NCBI GenBank assembly: GCA_032128115.1
Contig: JAQBHB010000045.1
Span: 1-58,751 of the forward strand
Source of the DNA: Deltaproteobacteria bacterium
GTDB taxonomy: Bacteria; Myxococcota_A; UBA9160; SMWR01
DNA length: 58,751 nucleotides
Reading direction: 5' to 3'
Made by a program: the position numbers and the translations under genes. This document shows, in pieces, positions 37,175-47,552 of this stretch; the first letter of the stretch is position 1; the number at the start of each line of letters is the position of its first letter. The notes under the pieces are model-generated. The model did no database searches and was not told where the DNA came from. It saw only the letters and a program-made list of their open reading frames with translations.

Positions 37175-37441
37175 TCAGATCGGCGCGTCTGCGCCCACGG
37201 ACTTCTCCGTGTCCTGTGCCTGCGCACCCACCACCAGATCGTGGCTGCTGCACCAGGTCAGATCACCGTCCAGATAGATTCGCGCGAGGAGGTTCGCGGC
37301 GGCCAGCGCGGGGGCGAGGAAGCGGAGCCGGACGTTCTCCGGCTCCGCCTCGCATGTCACCACCCGCGAAGACTCCATCAATCGCTCGAAGGCTCGAGCC
37401 ACCGATGCGGAATCCCGAAAACGCAGGTCGTAGATGCGCAT
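37175..37441 (-). CDS. Hypothetical protein (88 aa) immediately downstream of glnA
   Basis: ATG 4 nt after the glnA stop; protein-like alternating beta/alpha pattern. Confidence 0.55.
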   Translation of the reverse strand: MRIYDLRFRDSASVARAFERLMESSRVVTCEAEPENVRLRFLAPALAAANLLARIYLDGDLTWCSSHDLVVGAQAQDTEKSVGADAPI

Positions 37442-37445
37442 CGAC

Positions 37446-38867
37446 CTAGACGTCGTAGTAGATCTCGAACTCGTGCGGGTGCGGCCGCAGGCGGATCGGG
37501 TTCACCTCGTGCTCGCGTTTGTAGGTGACCCACATCTCCAGGGCGTCGCGGGTGAACACGTCGCCCTTCAGGAGGAAGTCGTTGTTCTCCTCCAGCGCCG
37601 TCAGCGCCGCAGACAGGTCCGCCGGCATGGTCGGCACCCCGGCCGCCTCTTCCGGCGAGAGCGCGTAGATGTTCTTGTCCAGCGGCGAGCCCGGATCGAT
37701 CTTGTTCTCGATGCCGTCGATTCCCGCCATCGCCATGGCGGCGAAGGCGAGATACGGGTTGCAGGCCGGATCCGGGAACCGCACCTCGACCCGCTTGGCC
37801 TTGGGACTCTGGGAGTACATGGGGATACGGCAGGCCGCCGAGCGGTTGCGGCTGGAGTACGCCAGGTTGATCGGCGCCTCGTAACCCGGGACCAGACGCC
37901 GGTACGAATTGGTCGTGGGGTTCGTGAACGCCGCCAGGGCCTGGGCGTGCTTCAGGATGCCGCCGATGTACCAAAGGCCCATGTCCGACAGGCCCGCGTA
38001 CTTGTCGCCGGCGAACAGGGGCTTGTCTCCGTTCCAGATCGACTGGTGACAGTGCATGCCCGACCCGTTGTCGCCGAACAGCGGCTTCGGCATGAAGGTG
38101 GCCGTGAGTCCGTGGCGGTGGGCCACGTTCTTCACCACGTACTTGTAGAGCATGAGCTGGTCGGCCATGGATACGAGGGGCGAGAACTTCATGTCGATCT
38201 CGGCCTGACCGCCCGTGGCCACCTCGTGGTGCTGGCACTCGATCACCAGGCCCAGGCTCTCCATCACGAGCACCATCTCGGTGCGCAGGTCCTGCATGCT
38301 GTCGGTGGGCGGAACCGGGAAGTAGCCCTCCTTGGCGCGGGGCTTGTAGCCCAGGTTGCGCCCGCCGAAGTCGTCCTCGCGCCCCGAGTTCCAGGCGCCT
38401 TCCACCGAGTCTATGTGGTAGAAGCCCTCGTTGGTCGTGGTGGAGAAGCGTGCCGAGTGGAACACGAAGAACTCGGCCTCGGGGCCGAAATAGATCGTGT
38501 CGCCGATACCCGTGCTCTTCACGTAGTTGGCCGCCTTCTTGGCGATGAAGCGGGGGTCGCGGCTGTAGCTCTCGCGGGTGATGGGATCCACGATGTCGCC
38601 GACCATCGACAGGGTGGTGTCCTTGCAGAACGGGTCGATGATCGCCGTGGTCGGATCCGGCACCACCAGCATGTCGCTGTTGTTGATGACCTGCCAGCCG
38701 CGGATCGAAGAACCGTCGAAGCCATAGCCGTCCTCGAAGTTGGATTCCTCCAGCTCGTGGAGCGGTACCGAGAAGTGCTGCCACATTCCGGGCCAGTCGG
38801 TGAACTTCACGTCCACCATCACCGCATTCTGCTTCTTCGCGAACTCGAGAACCTGCTTGGGATTCAT
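37446..38867 (-). CDS. glnA: Glutamine synthetase type I
   Basis: [51 protein letters not shown]; adenylylation-loop Tyr (KNIYAL). Confidence 0.97.
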   Translation of the reverse strand: MNPKQVLEFAKKQNAVMVDVKFTDWPGMWQHFSVPLHELEESNFEDGYGFDGSSIRGWQVINNSDMLVVPDPTTAIIDPFCKDTTLSMVGDIVDPITRESYSRDPRFIAKKAANYVKSTGIGDTIYFGPEAEFFVFHSARFSTTTNEGFYHIDSVEGAWNSGREDDFGGRNLGYKPRAKEGYFPVPPTDSMQDLRTEMVLVMESLGLVIECQHHEVATGGQAEIDMKFSPLVSMADQLMLYKYVVKNVAHRHGLTATFMPKPLFGDNGSGMHCHQSIWNGDKPLFAGDKYAGLSDMGLWYIGGILKHAQALAAFTNPTTNSYRRLVPGYEAPINLAYSSRNRSAACRIPMYSQSPKAKRVEVRFPDPACNPYLAFAAMAMAGIDGIENKIDPGSPLDKNIYALSPEEAAGVPTMPADLSAALTALEENNDFLLKGDVFTRDALEMWVTYKREHEVNPIRLRPHPHEFEIYYDV

Positions 38868-38922
38868 TGTGGGGATTCTCCGTGTCCCTTGTAGGGGGTT
38901 GGGGGAGGCAATTCGATCGCAA

Positions 38923-39309
<387 letters not shown>

Positions 39310-39318
39310 TTAGAACAG

Positions 39319-39334
39319 AGCAAGGGGCGTGCCG
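39319..39334 (-). promoter_or_regulatory. sigma54 promoter of glnB-glnA
   Basis: CGGCACG-CCCC-TTGCT on the minus strand. Confidence 0.8.
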
Positions 39335-39542
39335 GACTTGGCGCGTTTTCCCAGCCGCTCCCGGGCCCCGAGAGCCCGTTCCAGGCGCCGCCCCGCGCCG
39401 GATCTGCCCGGAAAAGCGGCAGCTCCTGCCGGATTCCTGGGCATCCGAGCCCGGCCCTGCGGCCCCCGGGCCAGCCGCCGAGAGGGGCGCGGCGCCCACT
39501 CGGCGCCGCGCCCCGTCGGGTCGGCTGGGCCTGCGTCGCCGC

Positions 39543-40970
39543 TCAGAACGTGTAGAGCAGCTGCAGCACCGAGAGGACCTGGTCGCTCGTGACGGGGGCC
39601 GGCACACCGGCGACAACCGCGTTCTTGAAGAAGACCCCGTTTCCTGCGACTCCCTGCAGGCTGCCGTGATCGTATCGAGTCTCGAAAATGACCTTCAGGT
39701 TGTCGGTGAGCGCCCAGTCGAGGGTGGCCGTGAGTTCCCAGAGAACAGTGTCGGCGCCACCGGGGGCGTTGGCATTGTTGCCCTTCACGACCTCACCGCG
39801 CAGCGCGGCACCGATGGTCTCCGTGATTCCCAACCGCGAGGCAGCCGCCAGACCCCAGTAGTTCTGGTTGGCCAGGCCGTCGGCCTCGGGCCAGTAGTAG
39901 TCGAAGTTCGCCCACATGGCGAGGTTGTCCGACGGATCCCAGGTGGCCACCAGGTCGAGCACGTACAACCGGTCGTTGTTCCGCCCGACGGGATTCACCA
40001 CGATCGCCCCGAACGGATTGGCCACGTCGCCGCCCACCAGGAAGCTGGAGGAAAGGCTCGTGGTGTCGCCGCCCCACGCCAACTGGCCCAGGAAGACCTT
40101 GTCATTGTCGCTGTCGGCCATGGTGTTCAGGTAGTCGTTGGCGACGCCTGCGGCCCAGCTTACGCCCCCGCCGACGTCGCCCGACAAGAGCACACCCGTA
40201 TGGCTGGTCGGCTGCAGGGAGTAGACGATGCCGCGGGTGACGTTCATGTTGGCGTCGGCCCGCAGGACCTCGGCGCCCAGCAGGGTCTCGTAGCGCCCGG
40301 CCTGCACCAGGATGCCGTTGCCGATGGGTGCCAGGTACGACACGTAGGCCTGGTAGAGCATGGAGAGATCGCCCGAGCTGCCGCCCGAACCGCCCAGTGC
40401 GTCGGCCGCGGCTCCGTAGATGAGATCCACGCCGAAGCCGCCGCGGCTCTCCACCGTCGAGGGCTTCAGCATCGAGAAGTAGGCCTGATCCAGCTGGAAG
40501 TTGTTGGGGCTCTGGGTGAACGGGGCCGTCAGCCCGAAGGCGCCAGTGTTGAGGCCTCCGGTGGTCGTGCCGGCTCCGGATCCCCCGAAGCCGGTCGCGC
40601 ACGGCGTTGCTCCACCTGGGACGGCCGGGTTGTTCGCGCAGGCGATCGTCGGCGCGTTGGGGCTGTTCCAGTTGAAGTTGTAGCTGGCGGCGATGACGCC
40701 GCTGAACTCGGTCATCTCCAGGAAGCGGGAGAGTCCCGAGGCCGCCGATTCGTCGGCGATTCCGGCGTCCTGGATCACCCGTTCCTGCTGCTTGACACGC
40801 TGCTCGGCGGCTTCGAGCTGCTCGTCCTGGGCGTCGAGCTTCTCCTCCATCCGCTCCATCCGCTCCTGCATCTTCTGGAGCTGGTCCGCCACGTCGTCTG
40901 CCGCCGCCACTGCGGGCAGCAAGAGAATGCCGGTCAGGCTTCCGGCGAGAGTCTTCCACTGGAGTCGCAT
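39543..40970 (-). CDS. Outer-membrane beta-barrel porin (putative BBP2/DUF1597-like) with N-terminal coiled coil
   Basis: Signal peptide, coiled coil, FQLDQAY, QAYVSY, GRYETLLGAE, ETRYD, C-terminal LLYTF; AGGAGG SD. Confidence 0.82.
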   Translation of the reverse strand: MRLQWKTLAGSLTGILLLPAVAAADDVADQLQKMQERMERMEEKLDAQDEQLEAAEQRVKQQERVIQDAGIADESAASGLSRFLEMTEFSGVIAASYNFNWNSPNAPTIACANNPAVPGGATPCATGFGGSGAGTTTGGLNTGAFGLTAPFTQSPNNFQLDQAYFSMLKPSTVESRGGFGVDLIYGAAADALGGSGGSSGDLSMLYQAYVSYLAPIGNGILVQAGRYETLLGAEVLRADANMNVTRGIVYSLQPTSHTGVLLSGDVGGGVSWAAGVANDYLNTMADSDNDKVFLGQLAWGGDTTSLSSSFLVGGDVANPFGAIVVNPVGRNNDRLYVLDLVATWDPSDNLAMWANFDYYWPEADGLANQNYWGLAAASRLGITETIGAALRGEVVKGNNANAPGGADTVLWELTATLDWALTDNLKVIFETRYDHGSLQGVAGNGVFFKNAVVAGVPAPVTSDQVLSVLQLLYTF

Positions 40971-41022
40971 TGGGTTGATCCCTCCTGGGTCGTGTAGGGT
41001 CCGGTTTGCTTCGCGACGACGT

Positions 41023-41038
41023 TGCAAGTCCGGGGCCA
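41023..41038 (-). promoter_or_regulatory. sigma54 promoter of the porin gene
   Basis: TGGCCC-CGGAC-TTGCA on the minus strand. Confidence 0.65.
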
Positions 41039-41192
41039 AACTCGCGACATCTACGCCCGTGGTTTCGGGAAGGTCCCAGTTCCGTCGGGAGCGGCCCCCT
41101 GGGAAAGCGGGATTTCCCCTCGCTGGCGCGAATTCTGGACGGGCGAAAACCGTGATTGCAAGCGAAAACGAGGGACCTGAAACCGGATGGAG

Positions 41193-41912
41193 TCAGTCGT
41201 CGCGGCGTCGCCGGGCGGGCGCGGCGCGCCGCCACAGGTCATTCTCGTCCAGATAACGCAGGGTTGCCGGGCAGAGCCGGGCCAGCGAGTCCGAGCGTCT
41301 CTCCGACAGCCAGTGGAGATCCTCGATGGTGTCGAGATCGAAGCTCGCCGACTGCACGTGGGCGCGCAGTCCCAGGGCACGGGCGTTGGCCAGGGTGTCT
41401 TCCAGCTCCGAGCCGGTGCTCATGGGGTGGTCGAACAGGCCGGGAACCGGCGCCCGCATGCCCACCAGGTTGTAGCCCCCGTCCCGATCGGGGCATATCA
41501 CGAGATCCCAGCTATCCAGGGCCGTCAGTGCGCGGGCCACGGTTTCCCCGTCGAGGCCGGGGCTGTCACTGCCCCGCAGCAGGATGCGCCGCGCGCCGCT
41601 GGCCGCCACCTCGCGCGCGGCCCAGGTCATGCGTTGCGACAGGTTCGCGCCCCGCTGGCGCACCACCGAGAATTGCGACGGGACCGAGCAGGCGATCTCG
41701 CCGCAGGCGTCGGGGGGATGCAGACAGGCCACTGCCCGCAGATCCAGCTCGCGGGCGAAGCGCGCCGTCGAAGCCAGCACGTCGTCGAGCATGCGCGCGT
41801 AGAGGCCGGCCGCCTCGTCGGGGCTGAGCGGCGGAACCATGCGCGTCTTCACGTGGCCCGGCCGCGGCGCCTTGGCGAACACCACCACCACGCCGGCGAT
41901 GGCTGCCGTCAC
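41193..41912 (-). CDS. DUF2064/TIGR04282-type CofC-like transferase
   Basis: VFAKAPRPGHVKTRM, QRGANLSQRM, GSDSP, DGGYNLVG, DLDTIEDL. Confidence 0.85.
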   Translation of the reverse strand: MTAAIAGVVVVFAKAPRPGHVKTRMVPPLSPDEAAGLYARMLDDVLASTARFARELDLRAVACLHPPDACGEIACSVPSQFSVVRQRGANLSQRMTWAAREVAASGARRILLRGSDSPGLDGETVARALTALDSWDLVICPDRDGGYNLVGMRAPVPGLFDHPMSTGSELEDTLANARALGLRAHVQSASFDLDTIEDLHWLSERRSDSLARLCPATLRYLDENDLWRRAAPARRRRDD

Positions 41913-42895
41913 GATCGCGGTGCAACGAACGGCAACGTGGTCACGCGCACGGCACGCTCGCCCACACGAAGCTCGGTTCCCGGCGCCTCGTGGGTCCGTC
42001 GCACGAAGGCCAGTGCGATCGCGCCCGCGTCCGGAGAAAAGCAGCTGCTCGTCACTTCGCCCACGCGTTTCTCGTCGGCAAAGACCGCTCCGCCCACCTC
42101 GATGGCTTCGGCGCCCTGCGCCTGCAGGCCCACCAGCAGGTGCTTGACACGCCCCTGGGACGCGATGCGGGCGACCACCTCCTGTCCCGTGTAGCAGCCC
42201 TTCGTGGTGGAGACGGCGGCGTCCAGGCGAGCCTCGGAAGGCAGCACGCTCTCGTCGAGTTCCGCGCCGATGCGCGGCAGGCCGGCCTCGATGCGGAGCA
42301 CCTCCAGCAGCACCTCATCCGCCAGCACGAGATCGTCTCCGCCTGCCTCCGCGAGCGCCTGGAACACGGACTCGACGTGATCTCCAGCGACGAAGAGCTG
42401 GTAGGCGTCCTCACCGCTGAACCCGTAGCGGGCCACGACCGCCCCAGCGCCAGCGATCGTCACGTCGGCGCAGGAACCCGGCGAGAGCTCCGGCCGCACG
42501 CCAGTGACCCGCGCAAGGTAGGAAGCGGCCCCGGGACCCTCGAGCGCCAGGCGCGCCAGGGCGGGCGTGGGCTCGGACAGCTCCACGGCATCTGCCACGA
42601 TGAAGCGGCCCAGGCGCTCGCGCACCGGCAGAAGGGCCGACGCTGCCGTTTCGAGCCAGAGTTCGGCTTCGCGCCACAACACGTGGAAATCCGCCACGAC
42701 GCGTCCCTGGTGGGTGAGCAGCAGGGCGTGACATCCCGAGCGTTCCGGTCCCGGCGAAAGATTCGACACGTCGTTCGTGAGCATGCCGTTGAGCCAGCGC
42801 ACTCGATCCGCGCCACGAACCCGGAGCACGACGCGATCCGGCAGGCGGAACAATCCGGCCGAGCGCCGCACGCTGGCGGTGTCCGGCGGGGTCAT
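41909..42895 (-). CDS. ygfZ: Folate-binding Fe-S maturation protein (GcvT/YgfZ family)
   Basis: G.DRVRWLNGMLTND, KGCYTGQE signature. Confidence 0.88.
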   Translation of the reverse strand: MTPPDTASVRRSAGLFRLPDRVVLRVRGADRVRWLNGMLTNDVSNLSPGPERSGCHALLLTHQGRVVADFHVLWREAELWLETAASALLPVRERLGRFIVADAVELSEPTPALARLALEGPGAASYLARVTGVRPELSPGSCADVTIAGAGAVVARYGFSGEDAYQLFVAGDHVESVFQALAEAGGDDLVLADEVLLEVLRIEAGLPRIGAELDESVLPSEARLDAAVSTTKGCYTGQEVVARIASQGRVKHLLVGLQAQGAEAIEVGGAVFADEKRVGEVTSSCFSPDAGAIALAFVRRTHEAPGTELRVGERAVRVTTLPFVAPRS

Positions 42896-43896
42896 GACAG
42901 CGGCTCTTCGTCACTGCGCACTGGCGACCGGTCGTCGAACATGCGTTGGGCCCTCTCCGCCTGTGCCTTGATCCACTCGTCGTAGCGGCGTTTCGAGACG
43001 TCGTAGTCGTGCTCGTTGTCCACGTCGACGGCCGAACCCCCCAGGTCGGTCACCACGAACCGGAACGACGTGCCGAGAAGCTTGCTGATGCCGCGCTCGA
43101 TGCGCGCGATGGGTATCCAGCGACGCAACCAATCGGCAAGCCGCGGCAGGCCGAGGCGATCGGTGGCTCCGGCCAGGTGCATGAGCGCGTAGTACAGCAA
43201 CACGGTCAGCCCGCCTCGCCGCAGGAGACGCCAGGCCAGGCTCGCCACACTTCCCAGTTCGCGCTGGAAGCGGTTCTCGTACATCTCTTCGATGGCGTAG
43301 CGGTTGGCGACGCGCGCGGGCCGCGCCAGATGGAGGTTGCTCTGGCGGAATCGCCCCTCCCGCAGGTTGAAGTACGCCATCCGGATTCCGTCGGAGCCGG
43401 ATCCGGTGGGATAAAAGGCCTGCATGGAGTCCTCGGTCACCAGGCCCAGGGCGTAGTCGCAGTCCAGCCGCAGGGAGCGGCGCACGAACTGGGAGATCTC
43501 CTCGGACGTGGTGAAAGGCAGGTCGCTCGAGACGTAGAGGACTCGCGCGTCCAGGTCTTCGGGCTCGGGGTCGCGGCCCAGGGTGTCGGCCCCCGGCAGC
43601 AACCGGCGATAGCTCTGCCAGGCGTTCTCCAGAAGGTTGCGGTGCTGGCCCACCCGGTGCAGGGGCTTTCGGAGTTCGGCGGCGGCATCGAGCGGCGCCA
43701 GGACTACTCCCAGGCGCTCGCAGTCTCCGATCACCCAGACCGACGACACCTCAGGAACGCCTTGGAGCGCGGCAACCACGTGGGCGACGAGCGCCCGCCC
43801 TCCAATCTCCAGGTAGGCCTTGCTCTCGCCATAGATCGACTTCGCGGCGCGCTGGTCGCCGGCCAATACAACCGCCGGAATCTGCTCGGGAGCCAT
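42892..43896 (-). CDS. Nucleotidyltransferase family protein (MobA-like NTP transferase domain)
   Basis: AVVLAGD, SKAYLEIGG, SSDLPF, DVDNEHD; AGGAG SD. Confidence 0.75.
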   Translation of the reverse strand: MAPEQIPAVVLAGDQRAAKSIYGESKAYLEIGGRALVAHVVAALQGVPEVSSVWVIGDCERLGVVLAPLDAAAELRKPLHRVGQHRNLLENAWQSYRRLLPGADTLGRDPEPEDLDARVLYVSSDLPFTTSEEISQFVRRSLRLDCDYALGLVTEDSMQAFYPTGSGSDGIRMAYFNLREGRFRQSNLHLARPARVANRYAIEEMYENRFQRELGSVASLAWRLLRRGGLTVLLYYALMHLAGATDRLGLPRLADWLRRWIPIARIERGISKLLGTSFRFVVTDLGGSAVDVDNEHDYDVSKRRYDEWIKAQAERAQRMFDDRSPVRSDEEPLS

Positions 43897-44002
43897 CTCC
43901 TGCTTCGGCCCTCAACCCGCCAATCTAATGGGGGCGGCGCCAACGCGAAAGGCGAATATGTTCGCAAAAGAAAACAGGGGGCAGGAAACCAACGGGAAGA
44001 GG

Positions 44003-44078
44003 TGGTGGAGCCGAGCGGGATCGAACCGCCAACCTCCGCGTTGCGAACGCGGCGCTCTCCCAATTGAGCTACGGCCCC
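44003..44078 (-). tRNA. tRNA-Ala(CGC)
   Basis: GGGGCCGTAGCTCAATTGGGAGAGCGCCGCGTTCGCAACGCGGAGGTTGGCGGTTCGATCCCGCTCGGCTCCACCA: 76 nt, G3:U70 pair, anticodon CGC, encoded CCA. Confidence 0.97.
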
Positions 44079-44164
44079 GGGATCCGCGAGAGAGGCTCTC
44101 GAGGAGCCGGAGACGGTAAGGCGGGGGTTCGCCCGCGTCAACGCGCTCCACGCTGGGGCATCCG

Positions 44165-44199
44165 CTCCGTGCCGAGGCGTCAACTCCGTGCCGAGGCGT
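44165..44199. repeat. 16-bp perfect direct repeat (period 19)
   Basis: CTCCGTGCCGAGGCGT at 44165-44180 and 44184-44199, between the divergent tRNA and usp genes. Confidence 0.8.
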
Positions 44200-44259
44200 A
44201 AAAAGTGGGCGGAACAAACCACTAGACGGATCGTGCAAAAGCGGGGCACGCTCTGGCTG

Positions 44260-44706
44260 GTGCCGATCGACATCCGAAAGATCCTCGTCCCGGTGGACTT
44301 CTCCGAGCACGCCAATCCGGTGCTCGAGTGGGCCGCACACCTGGGCGAGGAGCACGAGGCTCGCATCGTGCTGCTCCACGCCTATCACCTGCCCGTGGAG
44401 TTCCAACAGCTCGAAGGCGCCTATCTGCCGCCCGATTTCTGGGCCAACGTGAAGGTCGAGGCCGAGCAGTCCCTGTCGCGCTACGCCGAGGGATTGGCGA
44501 GCCGCGGGCTCACGGTCGACTGCGTGGTGCGCGAGGGCTACCCGGCCACGGTGATCGTGGACGAGGCCGCGAGCCTGCCCGCCGACCTGGTGGTGATCGG
44601 CACGCACGGGCTCTCGGGGATCCGGCACCTGTTGCTTGGCAGCATCGCCGAGCGCGTGGTCCAGAGGGCGCCCTGCCCGGTTCTGACCGTCAAGACCCAC
44701 CAATAG
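44260..44706 (+). CDS. Universal stress protein
   Basis: ILVPVDFS, DLVVIGTHG..G...LLLGSIAERVV..APCPVLTV. Confidence 0.93.
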   Translation: MPIDIRKILVPVDFSEHANPVLEWAAHLGEEHEARIVLLHAYHLPVEFQQLEGAYLPPDFWANVKVEAEQSLSRYAEGLASRGLTVDCVVREGYPATVIVDEAASLPADLVVIGTHGLSGIRHLLLGSIAERVVQRAPCPVLTVKTHQ

Positions 44707-44707
44707 A

Positions 44708-47473
44708 GTGACGTCCCGCTGGATCGGTCGCGCCCGGAACGGGGCGCCTCGTGGAATCGCCGGTCTGGCGTTGCTCGCGTTCGCGCTCGAATCCTGGCGT
44801 CTTCGACCCCAGCTCGACGACGCCTACATCTCGTATCGCTACGCACAAAACCTGGCCGAGGGTCTGGGGCTCGTCTACAACGCCGGCGAACATGTCGAGG
44901 GCTTCACGAACCTGCTGTGGACCCTGCTGGTCAGCCTGGGCATCCGCCTGGGCTTCGAGGCGCCCGGGGTGGGTCACGCACTGGGGCTCGCCTCGGGCGC
45001 CGCGGCCCTGGTTGCCACCTACGCGTACGCCGCGACGGGCCTTCCGGCGTCGCGACGCTGGCTGGCGGGACTGGCCCCCTGGATCCTGCTGGCCTGCACA
45101 CCGTTTCCCGCCTGGGCGACTTCGGGCCTGGAGACCCCCCTGTTCCTGGCGAGCGCCACCGCCGCCCTGGCGTTTCAAGCTCGCGGCCGCATGGGCTGGG
45201 CGGCCGGGGCCCTGGGAGTCTCGACTCTCACGCGGCCGGAGGGGGCTCTGCTCGCGGGCCTGGTTTTTGGTGTCCACAGCGTTGCCGTCCGCGGGCTGAA
45301 TCGTTCCGATTTCCGGGCCGGGCTCGCGTACCTGGCGGTGCCGATCGGGCTCACCGTCTTTCGCCTGGTCTACTACGGCGATCCGCTCCCCAACACCTTC
45401 TACGCCAAGGTGGGCGGAATCCCGATCGAGTCCGGGTTCGCCTACCTGGGGAGCTTCCTGGGCGACGGCGTGGTCCTGCTGATTCCGGCGGCCCTGGTGA
45501 TGGCTGGTGATCGGCGCTTCTGGCCGGGCCTGGCCTGGGTGGCCGGCCTCGCGGCGTACGTGGTCGGGATCGGCGGCGATGCCTTCGGCCAGTGGCGATT
45601 CCTGCTGCCGTGCGTGCCGGTACTGGCGGCACTTTCCCTGCGCGGTGTCGAGCGGGCCGCGGCGGCGACGCCGTGGGCGGGCGTGGCGCTGGGTCTGACG
45701 ATTCCCGGTGCCCTGGCGTGGCTCTTGTTCGGGGGAATTCCCGGCAGCGTGTCGTTCGACGGTTCGCGCCGCGCGGCTACCCTCGATCGCATCGACGTCG
45801 GCAACCGGAACTTCGAGGAAATCGGACGGCGCCGGGCCCGCGTGCTCGCGGCGCGCACGCAAACGCCGCGGCTCGTCGCCGGCGGAGCCATCGGATCGTT
45901 CGGCTACTACTCGCGCCTTCCCATTCTCGACTACCTGGGCATCGTCGATCCGGTCGTGGCGCGTTCACCCGCGTCTCCATCGCTGCCAGACGCGCGCCGA
46001 CTGCCGGGGCATCACCGCTCGAACGCCGATTTCGTCTTGTCAAAGCACCCCGATTACATCCTGGTTCCCGACAAATCCCGCGGCGATCTGCGCTTCGGGC
46101 GCGCCGGGGCAATCCTCGACATCTGGGCCCACCCCGACTTCGAAGCCGGCTACGAGTGGGACGAAGAACTCCGCGGCTATCGCAGCCGCGCCTTGGGTCC
46201 CGCCCTGCCACCGAACCTGGTGTTGATCATCGGAGACGACCAGGGCTTTCGGGACCAGGGCTTCATGGGCTCGAAGCGGATCGAGACTCCGAACCTGGAT
46301 CGCCTGGCCCACGAGGGCGTGGTATTCCCCGTCGGCTACTCGACGGCGAGCCTGTGCCGGCCGGCACTCAATGCCCTGCTCACCGGCCTCGATCCCGTGC
46401 AGTGGCAGGGTCGGCTGGTTGCGCGCGAGCGGGAGGGGCGCGCGCGACCTCGCTGGACCGAGGTGCAGGATTTCCAGACCCTGCCCCGGCTGCTCGCCGC
46501 TCGCGGCTACAAAAGCTTCCAGGCGGGCAAGCACTGGGAGGGCACGTACGAGACCGCGGGGTTCGACGAGGGCATGACGGCGGTGAAGGAGAGCCCCAAC
46601 GATCTCTCCGGCGGCGCAGGCCTCGCGCTGGTGCGCGAGACCGTCGAGCCGGTGATCGACTTCATCGACCGCCACCTGGACTCCCCCTTCTTCCTGTGGT
46701 TCGCGCCCATGCTTCCGCACGCGCCTCACGACGCACCGGAGCGTTTTCAGGACATCTATCGCGATGCAGGGCTTCCGCCGCGTGTGGCGCGCTACTACGC
46801 GAGCATCTCCCAGTTCGACGCGGGGGTGGGCACGCTGCTGGATCACCTGGCGAAGCGCGACCTGCTGGATCACACCCTGGTGGTCTATCTCGCCGACAAC
46901 GGCTTTCAAGCCGGCGGCTCGTACCACCCGAGCAACCGCCGCTGGGGGGGCGCCGCCGGGAAGAACTCGCTCTACGAGCTGGGATTCCGCACACCCATCG
47001 TGTTCCACGCCCCGGGCCGGATCCCAGCCGGCCAGCTGCGTCCGGCCCTGGTGTCGATCCTGGACGTCTTTCCCACACTGCTCGAGTACGCCGGCGTCGA
47101 GCCCCTGTCGGATCGCCCCGGTCGCGGCCTGCGCTCACTGCTGGAGGGGCGCGACGATCGGGGGCGCAGCGTGCTCGCGGGCCGCATGGACCGCGTGCGG
47201 GCCGACACGCCGACGGGTCGCTGGATCGAGCCGAACCGCAAGGGCATGACCGACGGTGGCCGCTTCGCCCGCGACCCGCGCTGGCATTACCTGTGGTACA
47301 TCGATCGCGAAGAGGAACTCTACGACCTGGACGCGGATCCCGACGAGCAGGAGAACGTGGCCGACGCACACCCCGAGGTGGTGAAGCGCTTGCGGCGCGA
47401 GATCGAGCGCTGGGAGGCGGACCTGGCAGCGCTGGAGGCGAGCGCAGTCAATGGGGACGGGGTTGACTATTGA
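44708..47473 (+). CDS. Fusion: GT-C-like multi-TM glycosyltransferase domain + C-terminal sulfatase
   Basis: DDAYISYRYAQNL..G.GLVYN.GE.VEGFT..LW, SGLET, TRPEG, LPNTFYAK; then PNLVLIIGDD, TPNLDRLA, CRPAL..LLTG, GKHW, PHAPH, ADNG, GKNSLYE.G.RTP, ELYDLDADP. Confidence 0.85.
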   Translation: MTSRWIGRARNGAPRGIAGLALLAFALESWRLRPQLDDAYISYRYAQNLAEGLGLVYNAGEHVEGFTNLLWTLLVSLGIRLGFEAPGVGHALGLASGAAALVATYAYAATGLPASRRWLAGLAPWILLACTPFPAWATSGLETPLFLASATAALAFQARGRMGWAAGALGVSTLTRPEGALLAGLVFGVHSVAVRGLNRSDFRAGLAYLAVPIGLTVFRLVYYGDPLPNTFYAKVGGIPIESGFAYLGSFLGDGVVLLIPAALVMAGDRRFWPGLAWVAGLAAYVVGIGGDAFGQWRFLLPCVPVLAALSLRGVERAAAATPWAGVALGLTIPGALAWLLFGGIPGSVSFDGSRRAATLDRIDVGNRNFEEIGRRRARVLAARTQTPRLVAGGAIGSFGYYSRLPILDYLGIVDPVVARSPASPSLPDARRLPGHHRSNADFVLSKHPDYILVPDKSRGDLRFGRAGAILDIWAHPDFEAGYEWDEELRGYRSRALGPALPPNLVLIIGDDQGFRDQGFMGSKRIETPNLDRLAHEGVVFPVGYSTASLCRPALNALLTGLDPVQWQGRLVAREREGRARPRWTEVQDFQTLPRLLAARGYKSFQAGKHWEGTYETAGFDEGMTAVKESPNDLSGGAGLALVRETVEPVIDFIDRHLDSPFFLWFAPMLPHAPHDAPERFQDIYRDAGLPPRVARYYASISQFDAGVGTLLDHLAKRDLLDHTLVVYLADNGFQAGGSYHPSNRRWGGAAGKNSLYELGFRTPIVFHAPGRIPAGQLRPALVSILDVFPTLLEYAGVEPLSDRPGRGLRSLLEGRDDRGRSVLAGRMDRVRADTPTGRWIEPNRKGMTDGGRFARDPRWHYLWYIDREEELYDLDADPDEQENVADAHPEVVKRLRREIERWEADLAALEASAVNGDGVDY

Positions 47474-47540
47474 CTTTTTCGCAACCGGATTGGCACGGCC
47501 CTCGCCCCCGTGAAAAAGTCAATAGTCAACCCCGTCCCCA
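47452..47540. mobile_element. Perfect 29-bp inverted repeat element (REPIN/MITE-like)
   Basis: TGGGGACGGGGTTGACTATTGACTTTTTC (47452-47480) and its exact reverse complement (47512-47540), 31-nt spacer; followed by a duplicated TCCCCACCTAG. Confidence 0.65.
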
Positions 47541-47552
47541 CCTAGTCCCCAC

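Noticed and set aside
43952..43965. GCGAATATGTTCGC dyad as a LexA box
   Set aside because: Spacing does not fit GAAC-N4-GTTC; more likely a small hairpin downstream of the tRNA.
47491..47506. sigma54 promoter inside the inverted-repeat loop
   Set aside because: The -12 element is imperfect (TCGC) and it points antisense into a convergent gene; not listed as a feature.
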